Assembly (NCBI GenBank): GCA_947629745.1
Contig: CANREZ010000001.1
Location: forward strand, 15,300-79,299
Direction: 5' to 3'
Origin: an uncultured Clostridia bacterium
GTDB lineage: Bacteria; Bacillota; Clostridia; Christensenellales; UBA1242
DNA: 64,000 nucleotides
Every line of letters starts with the position of its first letter. Position 1 is the stretch's first letter. The notes below the pieces were generated by a model, which saw only the letters and a program-made list of their open reading frames with translations, had not been told where the DNA came from and did not search any database. The position numbers and the translations under genes were made by a program. Below are positions 41,838-51,151 of this stretch, piece after piece.

Positions 41838-42932
41838 TTTCTTTCCATTAACTTCCTTTAGATACTGGTCGATGGCCTCGGCGATGATGTGTGCACCGTC
41901 GTTACATTTGCTATTTAACACGTTTGCTAGATATCTATCTAAGTCATGTTCTATCATATGGCGAAGACTTGCAGCAATCTTTTTCGGATTCTCACACTTG
42001 ATGCCAAAATCATTCTCAGTGACATAGAGGTAGTTATTTGCCTCTTGCCCTGGGATATGGCCAGTGACCACAATCGCTGTGCCACTGCGTGCACCCTCGA
42101 GTATCATATTTGGTCCAGCTTTGGTGAGCAGGATGTGTGCATCACTTAGTCTCCTATTCATATCCTTGATGAATCCCACAACCTCGACGTTCGCTAGATT
42201 ATATTTTTCTTTTAGTGCGCACGCCATATTGTATAGTCTCTCATCCCTGCCACACACGAGGGTAATATTCGCACCCTCTATACTCGACACTTCTAGCAAA
42301 AACTTTTTATTCTTTCGCAAGTTAATTGATGGATTGACCATGAGAATATTTACTTTGCCATCTACCTTCTTTGGCTTGCTTGGTACTATGATGTCTTCCC
42401 TGATTGGGAAGCCGGATACTACGAGCTTATCTGGGCTAAATCCGAGGTCGATATATTCATTTTTTATCTCCTCAGTTGGCAAGAACACTCTATCTGCCCT
42501 CTTGTCTCGCCAGATGACTGGTGGATGCACTAGGTCGATCACGTCTATCATAAAAGGTGTCTTTCGGTGCATTTTACGTAAAATTCTAGATATAGCGCGT
42601 GTGAACATCCCATGAACAGTAATTATTAGATCTGGGTCAAATTCGCTGATTATTCTTTCAAAATTTTTGTTCGAGAGGGTGTACATCATCCCACTAATAA
42701 ACCATGGACAAACTTGGGAAAAACTGTATGTCACTTTCCACAGATTTGGGTGCTTGGTGGTAAGAGGGATATAACTAGCCTCCATTTTCTTGCCAAAATA
42801 GCCCGACTGCTCGAAGCAATTCACTTGCATTGTGGTATGACCCAAAGACTTCAAATGTTTCTCAATCGCATTTGCCGAAGACTTGTGTCCTGTGCCTGTC
42901 CTCTCGGCTGTTAATATCAATATCTTTGCCAT
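41835..42932 (-). CDS. Glycolipid (MGDG-synthase/UgtP-like, GT28-type) glycosyltransferase
   Basis: 365 aa. The N-terminal ILILTAERTGTGHKSSANAI matches the MGDG-synthase N-domain pattern. The C-terminal domain looks GT-B type. Confidence 0.65.
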   Translation of the reverse strand: MAKILILTAERTGTGHKSSANAIEKHLKSLGHTTMQVNCFEQSGYFGKKMEASYIPLTTKHPNLWKVTYSFSQVCPWFISGMMYTLSNKNFERIISEFDPDLIITVHGMFTRAISRILRKMHRKTPFMIDVIDLVHPPVIWRDKRADRVFLPTEEIKNEYIDLGFSPDKLVVSGFPIREDIIVPSKPKKVDGKVNILMVNPSINLRKNKKFLLEVSSIEGANITLVCGRDERLYNMACALKEKYNLANVEVVGFIKDMNRRLSDAHILLTKAGPNMILEGARSGTAIVVTGHIPGQEANNYLYVTENDFGIKCENPKKIAASLRHMIEHDLDRYLANVLNSKCNDGAHIIAEAIDQYLKEVNGKK

Positions 42933-43071
42933 ACTCCTCCACCAAACTATCTATATCTTCACCATTTAGTATACCACAAACCTAATATTTTTAATAACAT
43001 AATAGACAGGGAGAAGAAAAAAGAGTAGATAGCTATTCTAGAAAGTCACAAGATATCTCAAATGATTTAAA

Positions 43072-44547
43072 CTAAATATTTACTATCTTGTTTGCTAAAT
43101 TTTTAATAAATGCCGCATCATGCTCAACAAAAATAATCGTTATATCTGAATTTCTCAGGAGTTGTTCAATCTGAATGCGAGAAATTACGTCAATATAGTT
43201 TAGAGGTTCATCCCAAATATACAAATTTGCCTCCTCACACAAACTTTTTGCTATTAAAACTTTCTTTTTTTGTCCGGCACTAAAACTCCTAATATCATCA
43301 TCAAATTGCTCTTTTTTAAAACCTAATCTATAGAGCATTGTCAAAAACTTTGTCTGATTTATGTTATTTTCATGCGCAAAATCAGCGAGCATGCCATCAA
43401 GCCAATCATATTGCTGACTAATATAAGAAATTTTGAGTCCGCTGCTCTTATAAATATTTCCAGTATGACTGATATTTTCTCCACAAATTAGTTTTAACAA
43501 ACTAGTTTTGCCGCTTCCGTTTTGTCCGCAAATTGCGACCTTGTCTCCTCTTTCTACATCAAAATTTACACCACTTACAACGAGTTTTTCTCCATAATAG
43601 ATAGATAAGTCTTTTATAGATAAGACAACATCATCTCTAGACTTTGTGGAATTTAGGAATAATTCATCTTGTGTATCTATATTTTTAAGTAATTTAGATT
43701 TTTCCTCTATTGCTTTATTTTGTCTTTTTTCTATAACTTTGCTTCTCTTTGCCATTTTAGCCGCTTTATGCCCAACTTTACCTTTGTCTGGTTTGATGCC
43801 GGATACGCGCATATTTTTAGATCTCTCAACTCTATCCGACCAAATTTTCTTTTGCCTTGCACTTTTTTGTAATTTAACAATATCTTTCTTCAATTGTGCA
43901 TTTTGCATAAGTTCAAAATTATCTTGATTTTGTTTATTTTTCCACCACGTAGAGAAATTTCCTTTTTGAATATCTATATTTTTTCTGTTTATAGAAATTA
44001 TATGATCCACACAACTATCAATAAAATCTCTATCATGTGATACAACAATAAAGCCTTTTTGCTTATTTAAAAAATTTTTTACACAATCACGACTTGCATA
44101 ATCAAGATGATTTGTCGGTTCGTCTATAAGCAAGAAGTTATTTTCTTTAGTAAATAAAATCGCTAGCAATAATTTTGTCTGCTGTCCATTGGATAGCGTC
44201 TCAAATGGTTGATATAAACAATCATCATCTAATTCCAAGTCTTTGAATTTTTTCATCACTTCCCATAATTCTATCTCTAGGCTAATATCTGCAATCAAAT
44301 CTATTGCAGGTTTACTTTTATTTTTAATTTCATAAGGGAAATAGTCAAAATTTACTGTGCTAGAAATTTTTCCTCTATATTCATACTTGCCTAAAAGTAA
44401 ATTTAATAAAGTTGTCTTGCCACGACCATTTCTCCCTATTAATCCTATCTTCCAATCTGTATCAAAAGAAAGACTTATATTCTCGAAAATATTTTCACTA
44501 CTGCCATCGTATGCGAATGTTAAATTTTTTATATTAATTTGAGTCAT
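43072..44547 (-). CDS. ABC-F ribosomal-protection-type ATPase, Lsa-like
   Basis: 491 aa with two ABC cassettes (GRNGRGKTT and GQNGSGKTS), a Lys/Arg-rich interdomain linker and no TM domain. The N-terminus closely resembles Lsa-family proteins (NLTFAYDGS...DWKIGLIGRNGRGKTTLLNLL). Confidence 0.8.
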   Translation of the reverse strand: MTQINIKNLTFAYDGSSENIFENISLSFDTDWKIGLIGRNGRGKTTLLNLLLGKYEYRGKISSTVNFDYFPYEIKNKSKPAIDLIADISLEIELWEVMKKFKDLELDDDCLYQPFETLSNGQQTKLLLAILFTKENNFLLIDEPTNHLDYASRDCVKNFLNKQKGFIVVSHDRDFIDSCVDHIISINRKNIDIQKGNFSTWWKNKQNQDNFELMQNAQLKKDIVKLQKSARQKKIWSDRVERSKNMRVSGIKPDKGKVGHKAAKMAKRSKVIEKRQNKAIEEKSKLLKNIDTQDELFLNSTKSRDDVVLSIKDLSIYYGEKLVVSGVNFDVERGDKVAICGQNGSGKTSLLKLICGENISHTGNIYKSSGLKISYISQQYDWLDGMLADFAHENNINQTKFLTMLYRLGFKKEQFDDDIRSFSAGQKKKVLIAKSLCEEANLYIWDEPLNYIDVISRIQIEQLLRNSDITIIFVEHDAAFIKNLANKIVNI

Positions 44548-44559
44548 ATTCTACCTCCT

Positions 44560-44595
44560 AAAATAAAAAGGCCACAAGAAAGTTATCTCGTGACC
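44560..44595 (-). terminator. Leader (attenuator) terminator immediately upstream of the ABC-F RBS
   Basis: On the minus strand: GGTCACGAGA-TAACTT-TCTTGTGGCC, a 10-bp stem with 2 G.U pairs. It is followed by TTTTTATTTT, then TAGGAGGTAGAATATG. Confidence 0.7.
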
Positions 44596-44701
44596 TATCT
44601 AGTAAATTCTATTAATCTAATAAGAATTCGTTTTGCTAACTTTCTCGTTTTGCACAACAAAAAAGAAAGTCTCTAAAAACTCAAATTTTAGCTGTGCATA
44701 T

Positions 44702-44728
44702 TTAATTTTTAGCAAAACTATTTCTCAT
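44702..44728 (-). CDS. Candidate 8-codon leader peptide (MRNSFAKN) of the ABC-F attenuator
   Basis: AAGGGAG lies 6 nt upstream of ATG AGA AAT AGT TTT GCT AAA AAT TAA. An in-frame upstream ATG at 44734 is an alternative start. Confidence 0.4.
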   Translation of the reverse strand: MRNSFAKN

Positions 44729-44816
44729 TCGCATCTCCCTTAATCAATATTATTTTGGCATAATTCACTATTATTGTCAATATTTTTAGTGTAGATATTC
44801 ATTTTGAGTCAATCCA

Positions 44817-45113
44817 CCGCGAAACCTGGAAGTTAGCTGAGCGCATAAAAAATGCGAAGCCGAGCGTATAAACGAGCGCGTGCCATTTGGGGCCCCCACA
44901 AAAATAGCTCGCGGCCTTTTGTGGAAAAAGCGAAACCCGCTAAATTCTTAATAAATCCTTATTTAAAAACCTACTTCTGGGCCAACTAAAAACTCCAGCA
45001 AAAATAGCGGAGCGGTCTTTTGCTGGAAAAGAGGCGAAGCCGCGCGAAACCTGGAAGTTAGCTGAGCGTATAAAAAATGCGAAGCTAACGCTTAAACGAG
45101 CGCGTGCTTCGCC
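44817..45113. repeat. Duplicated hairpin-rich units between tRNA-Gly and the ABC-F leader
   Basis: A ~68-nt segment (CCGCGAAACCTGGAAGTTAGCTGAGCG.ATAAAAAATGCGAAGC...AAACGAGCGCGTGC) occurs at 44817-44884 and 45040-45113. A ~48-nt hairpin segment (C.CAAAAATAGC..GCGG.CTTTTG.GGAAAA) occurs at 44893-44940 and 44993-45045. Confidence 0.8.
45070..45112 (-). terminator. Terminator-like hairpin directly after tRNA-Gly
   Basis: On the minus strand, a GCGAAGC...GCTTCGC stem of 7 bp is followed by ATTTTTTAT. Confidence 0.5.
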
Positions 45114-45115
45114 TC

Positions 45116-45189
45116 TGGAGCAGGTAGCGGGAATCGAACCCGCAACCAAAGCTTGGGAAGCTTTTATTTTACCACTAAACTATACCTGC
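45116..45189 (-). tRNA. tRNA-Gly (anticodon CCC), CCA encoded
   Basis: In reverse complement: acceptor stem GCAGGTA/TACCTGC; anticodon arm AAAGC-TTCCCAA-GCTTT; T-arm GCGGGTTCGATTCCCGC; and 3' TCCA. Confidence 0.85.
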
Positions 45190-45207
45190 ATATTTAGCAC
45201 AGATGTG

Positions 45208-45438
45208 CTATTTATCTAAATCTTGTTGTCTCTCCTCTGCTTCCTCTACCGAGTAGACAACCTCAATTGCACCTGGAGTGGTCACTGATGCACACGCTCC
45301 GCATGAGATGCACTTCTCATTATCCCAAGATAGTGTATCGCTCTTTGGGTCATATGTGTACACACCCATAGGACAAATGCTTGCCACAGTGGATTTATCC
45401 GCCTTCTTTATAACCTTTTTATTAACAACTACTGCCAT
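45208..45438 (-). CDS. Small ferredoxin-like 4Fe-4S domain protein
   Basis: 76 aa with a CISCGAC cluster motif and an upstream ICPMG. Confidence 0.55.
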   Translation of the reverse strand: MAVVVNKKVIKKADKSTVASICPMGVYTYDPKSDTLSWDNEKCISCGACASVTTPGAIEVVYSVEEAEERQQDLDK

Positions 45439-45617
45439 AATATTCCCTCACAAATTTATTCTATCACAAAAATGAATTTTGTCAAAAGGATAAATAGTTA
45501 TTATTTTGTAATAATATAGCATATCCAATAATCTTTACAATAGATAACTTTTGTGATAATATATTATTGTAGCAGATTGGTCTAAAGAGTGAGGAAGACT
45601 GTCGGCTACTTTCTTTT

Positions 45618-45702
45618 GCATCTGTGGCGAAATTGGCAGACGCGTACGATTCAGGTTCGTATGGGGCGACCCATGCTGGTTCAAGTCCAGTCAGATGCAC
45701 CA
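45618..45702 (+). tRNA. tRNA-Leu (anticodon CAG), CCA encoded
   Basis: Acceptor stem GCATCTG/CAGATGC; anticodon arm TACGA-TTCAGGT-TCGTA; a long variable arm; T-arm GCTGGTTCAAGTCCAGT; and 3' ACCA. Confidence 0.85.
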
Positions 45703-45709
45703 AAACTCA

Positions 45710-45734
45710 AGACGGGGTTATACCCCGTCTTTTT
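45710..45734 (+). terminator. Intrinsic terminator after tRNA-Leu
   Basis: An AGACGGGG-TTATA-CCCCGTCT stem is followed by TTTT. Confidence 0.75.
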
Positions 45735-45794
45735 ATTGGTCTAATATGGCCTACAAAAAACACCCACTAATGGGTGTTTTTGATTAATTATTGC

Positions 45795-46709
45795 TTAGCT
45801 TAGGAAGTTCTCGATAATTGCGGTGGATGTCGCGACAGGATAATTCCTGCTACTATAAGTATTCAGCGTGTCATACACTGTGCCAAGCTTGGTACTCTCG
45901 TTATCGAATAACTCGGTGCAAGAGAGTATGAATTCTGGTGTCTGGTCGGCAAATTTATCGCTAAGTCCACTATTCGTCGTGCCGTCCACTCCATTAAACG
46001 AATATGTGTAGGAGTCATCCATATTCGTGCCACGTGCCTCAAAGTACAATGCTCCGTTTTGCCTCTTATAGTATGTCACCACGTCACGGTCTAGAGTATT
46101 CATATCTCTAGTTATAGTGGTCACTACATATTCTTTAAACTTCGTATCGTAAAATACTATAGTTTTAATTTCTTCTCTCGTCTCATCAGGATATATATGG
46201 ACGTTACTAATAAGTATGCTAGAATGTTCGTGGCTAACGTATGTCCATATTTCATGGTCTGACAATTTCTGCCCCTTGCCATAGAGTACTCCAAATTGGA
46301 ATCCGTCCGTTCCCACCAATCTTGCGGCAATACCTATATAGTATAGCGACTCTGCTCTATCGTACTGTCTGCCACCACCGGTGATAAATTGTTTCATTAT
46401 ATCGTCATAACCAAAAGTAGTAGGAGACTCTATCATGCTCTCTCTCACTCTATTAGGTGAGATAGTGTCATTGTAGATTCCATCTAAGACACCTGCTATG
46501 CTAGACTCCGGGATATCCTCATAGTGGCGATTGCCATTGATCTCATGATGGAAATAAAGCATGAGAAAGACACCCACGCCCAGCAAGACGATGAGTGCTA
46601 TAGATATTCCCATAAAGATCTTTTGATTGCGTGTTAACATTTCTGCCTCACCATTATGATAACATATTTTGTGCAAATTGCCAAAAATTTTCTCATATAT
46701 TCGCTGCAC
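45795..46709 (-). CDS. Membrane-anchored hypothetical protein
   Basis: One TM helix (IFMGISIALIVLLGVGVFLMLYF). The real start may be the internal ATG at 46640 (MLTRNQK), which lies behind GGTGAGG. Confidence 0.55.
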   Translation of the reverse strand: MQRIYEKIFGNLHKICYHNGEAEMLTRNQKIFMGISIALIVLLGVGVFLMLYFHHEINGNRHYEDIPESSIAGVLDGIYNDTISPNRVRESMIESPTTFGYDDIMKQFITGGGRQYDRAESLYYIGIAARLVGTDGFQFGVLYGKGQKLSDHEIWTYVSHEHSSILISNVHIYPDETREEIKTIVFYDTKFKEYVVTTITRDMNTLDRDVVTYYKRQNGALYFEARGTNMDDSYTYSFNGVDGTTNSGLSDKFADQTPEFILSCTELFDNESTKLGTVYDTLNTYSSRNYPVATSTAIIENFLS

Positions 46710-46873
46710 ATTACCCTAATTTTTTACATAACAATAATTACACCACATTTTTTATAATTCCCTCATGCTTTAATATCTAAAAATCAACATGGTCCCGTGC
46801 CAAATAATACACGAAAATATTGACAATTGTGTACAATTTTTGTAATATACAATGTGATAGGAGATGATGCGAT

Positions 46874-49330
46874 ATGCTTAGTTTAAGGAATATAGTAAAA
46901 GAATATAAATCATCAGATTTTTCTGTCACCGCGCTAAAAGGTATCTCGGTAGATTTTCGCGAGAACGAATTCGTATCTATCCTTGGCCCTAGCGGTTGCG
47001 GCAAGACTACTCTACTAAATATCATAGGTGGGCTAGACCACTACACTAGTGGAGATATGAGCATAAAAGGCACTAGCACCAAGGAATTTAAGGACCGTGA
47101 TTGGGATAGTTATCGCAATCACAGTGTAGGCTTTGTCTTCCAGTCTTACAATCTCATCCCGCACCAAAGTGTGGCAAAGAATGTGGAACTCGCCCTCACC
47201 ATCAGCGGAATGTCCAGGAAAGAGCGCAAGGCCAAGGCAATACAAGCATTGGAGCGTGTGGGACTAGGCAAAGAGATCAATAAACGCCCAAATCAATTAT
47301 CTGGTGGGCAGATGCAACGTGTGGCAATTGCACGTGCCATCGTCAATGACCCAGAGATATTGCTAGCGGATGAGCCAACCGGCGCACTCGACACAGCAAC
47401 AAGTGTGCAGATATTGGACCTGATAAAGGATATTTCCAAGGAACGTCTGGTCATCATGGTGACCCACAATCCTGACCTTGCTACAAAATATTCTAATAGG
47501 ATCATAAAACTGCTTGACGGCGAAATCGTAGATGATTCTCACCCATATGATGAGTCAAAATCTAAGAAGAAAAAACCAAAAGAAGAAAATATCTTTACTT
47601 GCGATACTTCAAAGAAAGATACTACTAAACTTAAGAAAAAACGCACTAAGACATCAATGTCTATGTTCACAGCACTTAGTCTTAGTTTTAGGAACTTACT
47701 TGCCAAAAAAGGTCGCACTATACTCACATCTATCGCAGGCTCGATAGGAATCATCGGCATTGCACTAGTCCTAGCCCTTGCTAATGGATTCGATATGTAT
47801 ATAGACAAGATGCAGGCAGACACCCTGTCATCCTACCCTATGACAATTAGTGAGAATGCGCTCGATACCGAGAGTATTGTGAATATGTTGCAATCGGGCA
47901 ACGAGCGTGAGCAATACACGGATGAACAAAAAGTTTTCGTCAACGACATCACCTCGCGCATGAGCCAAATGTTTCACCAATCCACTATCACCCAAGAATA
48001 TGTCGATAATGTGATAAAGCCTATTAATCCCGACCTATACAACGACATTGTATACAGCACGGGTGTGAACCTTGAGAGTAACTTCTATGTAGGGCACACT
48101 TTTGGGGAGAGCACTTACTATACCCCACTACAATCCGAAGTTGTGTCTAGCGAGAGCGGTGGCATGATGAGTGAAGTGATGGATATGTCGCTCCTTAGTA
48201 GGCTATCCGTCAATCGTGAATTCGTCGAGAGCCAATATGATGTGATATATGGCAATTATCCAACAAAAGCATCCGACCTAGTGTTAATCGTGGATAGGTA
48301 CAATCAGATTAGTGATATCACGCTAAAATCCCTTGGAATGCTAGGCATCAACGACACCGAGACCAAGGAATTAGATTTTGATAAACTACAAGATTTCTCA
48401 TATCTATTAGTCCCAAATGACCAGAAGTACAGTAAAGTGGGTGACAAATTTGCAACCAGCCTCCAGATGGGAACACTTGATCCAAACGGCCTCGATCCTG
48501 ATATAGTAGATCTAAAAATTTGTGGCGTAATGCGTGCCAAGGAGACTACGCAGACTCCTATGTACTCCTCTGGGCTATGCTACACAAATGCTCTATATGA
48601 TTATCTAGTAGAGAAGAATATTGACTCCGAGATAGTCTCATTCCTAAAAGACCCAGCAACACGCTTGACCAATCCTTTCCTAGGGCAAGGCTCTACTACA
48701 ATGGATAGTACTCTGAGTGAAGAAAATGCAAATAAATTGCTTCGCGCACTCGGTGGATACACTGTGCCAAACGAGATAGATATCTATGCAAAAGACTTCG
48801 AATGCAAAGCTCGCATCAAGCAAATACTTGATGAATACAACGCTACTCAAGAGGAAGCAAACAAGATATATTATAACGATATTATGCAGATAATGGCAGA
48901 TACCCTATCCACCATGATAGATGCTATTAGTTATGTGCTAATCGCATTTACTTCCATCTCCCTTGTGGTGTCAAGCATCATGATCAGCATCATCACATAT
49001 GTGTCCGTGATAGAACGTACTCGTGAGATTGGAGTGCTAAGAAGTATTGGTGCTAGGAAGAAGGATATCTCTAGAGTCTTCAATGCTGAGACATTCATCA
49101 TCGGCCTCACCGCCGGACTCATCGGAGTGGTAGTCACATACATCCTCACTATTCCTATCAATCTATTGCTATCAAGCTTGCTGCCAAGCATCGGCAATCT
49201 TGCAAATCTATCAATCATCAGCGCAGTTATTCTCGTTGCAATCAGCACGGTGCTTACCATCATATCCGGTCTCATCCCATCGTATATCGCAAGCAGGAAA
49301 GACCCAGTGGAAGCTTTGCGTACTGAATAA
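46874..49330 (+). CDS. Fused ABC transporter ATPase + FtsX/MacB-type permease
   Basis: The N-terminal cassette has GPSGCGKTT, LSGGQMQRVAIARA and LLADEPTGALD. It is followed by a TM helix, a large extracytoplasmic region and a C-terminal FtsX-like 3-TM bundle. Confidence 0.88.
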   Translation: MLSLRNIVKEYKSSDFSVTALKGISVDFRENEFVSILGPSGCGKTTLLNIIGGLDHYTSGDMSIKGTSTKEFKDRDWDSYRNHSVGFVFQSYNLIPHQSVAKNVELALTISGMSRKERKAKAIQALERVGLGKEINKRPNQLSGGQMQRVAIARAIVNDPEILLADEPTGALDTATSVQILDLIKDISKERLVIMVTHNPDLATKYSNRIIKLLDGEIVDDSHPYDESKSKKKKPKEENIFTCDTSKKDTTKLKKKRTKTSMSMFTALSLSFRNLLAKKGRTILTSIAGSIGIIGIALVLALANGFDMYIDKMQADTLSSYPMTISENALDTESIVNMLQSGNEREQYTDEQKVFVNDITSRMSQMFHQSTITQEYVDNVIKPINPDLYNDIVYSTGVNLESNFYVGHTFGESTYYTPLQSEVVSSESGGMMSEVMDMSLLSRLSVNREFVESQYDVIYGNYPTKASDLVLIVDRYNQISDITLKSLGMLGINDTETKELDFDKLQDFSYLLVPNDQKYSKVGDKFATSLQMGTLDPNGLDPDIVDLKICGVMRAKETTQTPMYSSGLCYTNALYDYLVEKNIDSEIVSFLKDPATRLTNPFLGQGSTTMDSTLSEENANKLLRALGGYTVPNEIDIYAKDFECKARIKQILDEYNATQEEANKIYYNDIMQIMADTLSTMIDAISYVLIAFTSISLVVSSIMISIITYVSVIERTREIGVLRSIGARKKDISRVFNAETFIIGLTAGLIGVVVTYILTIPINLLLSSLLPSIGNLANLSIISAVILVAISTVLTIISGLIPSYIASRKDPVEALRTE

Positions 49331-49337
49331 TATAAAG

Positions 49338-49372
49338 AAAGAGAAAGCATTTAATGCCTTCTCTTTTTTTTT
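49338..49372 (+). terminator. Intrinsic terminator after the ABC gene
   Basis: An AGAGAAAGCAT...ATGCCTTCTCT stem is followed by a long T-run. Confidence 0.75.
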
Positions 49373-49536
49373 CTCTAAAATAATGTTATCTTTAGAGATT
49401 CATATATAGTTACTCAATATTATTTTTAGGAATATATATTTACGCAATAATTAATTTATCACGCTAATACACATCTGCCACCTATCAATAAAAAAGAGAG
49501 GTTTACTCTCTCTCCAATTAGTGGATAGGGTGTGCT

Positions 49537-49998
49537 TTACTCTCTCCAATTATCTCCCACATCTTCGGTATACATGGTGTGTGTGTCATTCAAATTTTGT
49601 GTGATGTGGCCCATGCCGCGGATCCAATCACTTGGCATTGCACTGAGTGCATCAGAATTGTACTTGCCTGTAGCGGTGAAGTACTCGGTGTTGTCCCTAC
49701 TGCCAACAGGTTTTTTGATGTAAAAGCAATTGACTAGCCTCCCATCAGTTGTCGTCCTGAGGAACTCAGATAGTGACTCAATCTGATCCTCGGATAAGTT
49801 CAGTGATAGGTCGGTGTTCTTGTCAATCACATCTTTGATGCTCATATCATTCTTATCTTTATCATGTCTTATGCATTTGTACATCACGCGCTTTGCTCTT
49901 GCTATCTTGACAATGCGCATTTTCTCTAACTTGAAATTATAACTCAACAAATCTGCAGCGGATAAAGTGTACAAATCAAAAATCTCTTTTAATCTCAT
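49537..49998 (-). CDS. Hypothetical protein
   Basis: Clean 153-aa ORF. I recognise no family. Confidence 0.5.
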   Translation of the reverse strand: MRLKEIFDLYTLSAADLLSYNFKLEKMRIVKIARAKRVMYKCIRHDKDKNDMSIKDVIDKNTDLSLNLSEDQIESLSEFLRTTTDGRLVNCFYIKKPVGSRDNTEYFTATGKYNSDALSAMPSDWIRGMGHITQNLNDTHTMYTEDVGDNWRE

Positions 49999-50130
49999 AG
50001 TCTTTGTCCTTACTGTATTTTAGCACAACTTTTTACATTTTACAATATCCTATTTTTTATATTTCAGAATTTTTTAAAAGCCCAAAAATTACATATTGAA
50101 TTATCCTTATCTTGTGTGTTATAATTAGTC

Positions 50131-50535
50131 ATGGGCAAAATGAATTTAAAAAATATGACACGGGATATATCTGTGTCTGGACATCTTAGGACTTACAAGA
50201 AACTAAAGGCCGATGCGGATAATAGAGTATCTTCCACACGTTTTGGCAAAATGTCTATAATATACGGCGTGCTTGCTATCATATGCAGCGTCATACTTGC
50301 CTTTGTGCCGGAATTATCTACATATGCTAATAGCAATCTTGCGCTCGGCATTGCAATTATATTTATTGGATACATTCTTCCAATACTATTTATAATACTC
50401 TCTACAAGTGCCATGATATTCCAGTTGTTGCTCAATCGCAAAGTGATTAGTTTCTTCTCTGTCATGATAACTGTCACCGCGATTAGCCTTGCGCTGTGTT
50501 TATTTATCTGTACGGATATTAACCTGTTATTCTAG
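50131..50535 (+). CDS. Small membrane protein (about 3 TM helices)
   Basis: 134 aa with hydrophobic segments after a basic N-terminus. Confidence 0.5.
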   Translation: MGKMNLKNMTRDISVSGHLRTYKKLKADADNRVSSTRFGKMSIIYGVLAIICSVILAFVPELSTYANSNLALGIAIIFIGYILPILFIILSTSAMIFQLLLNRKVISFFSVMITVTAISLALCLFICTDINLLF

Positions 50536-50643
50536 GGGTCAAAACCCTTTCCTGCATAAGCTATGTCCTAAGACTAACTAATCTTGCAGACATATGGGGC
50601 AAAACACTGTCATAGGTTAAAATAAATTATAATGATATAATTA

Positions 50644-51120
50644 TTAGAGGGTATCGAGTTGATAGCAAGAAAGATAAAAGCTTGCTCAATCCCCTCAGAT
50701 TGCATACGCAATCAGCTCCCCCTACTACGGGGCGCCTAAATGAGGTTATAAGCAGATAGGATAAAGATATACAAATATAAATATAAATATAATTTTAACC
50801 GATATATATTTGTCTTTTAATCAGCAGATGATAAAAAATTAGATTTATTATTGTTTCTTTCATTTTTATATTTAATATGACGACCTCATAAAGGCTCCCT
50901 TTAGTAAGGGGAGCTGGCGGAGACTTCCGCCTGAGGGGATTGAGCCGACTTACGTGCTTTCTTAGGTTCGCGCTCATGACCCACTTGTATAATTTCATAT
51001 TTATATAGGTTAAAATTAATTAAAATGAAGATATAGTATTAACTATTAACATAAAAGATAAAAATAAATTATTAACACAAGAAAATTTATTATAATCAAG
51101 GAGAGTGGCGTGCCACAAAA
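50644..51120 (-). repeat. Full-length ~470-nt composite element (copy D, inverted relative to copies F and G)
   Basis: The parts, in window order, are: an arm at 50644-50747 as reverse complement; an AT-rich core; an arm at 50881-50985; a conserved AT-rich module; and ATTATAA plus GTGGCGTGCCAC at 51089-51116. The 52-nt arm core 50685-50736 is the exact reverse complement of 62125-62176. Confidence 0.85.
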
Positions 51121-51151
51121 AGTAAATTAGAAGAGTATTAACTCTTCTTTT

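Noticed and set aside
44940-45149. A 69-aa ORF overlaps tRNA-Gly, and a 73-aa ORF (45482..45703) overlaps tRNA-Leu.
   Set aside because: They overlap well-formed tRNA genes and repeat hairpins, so they are spurious.
50795-50998. ORFs run through the repeat units. Examples are 50795..50998, 62150..62374, 62435..62629 and 33308..33505.
   Set aside because: The same repeat is crossed in different frames and orientations in different copies. Start contexts are absent. The conservation pattern is structural (stems), not codon-like.
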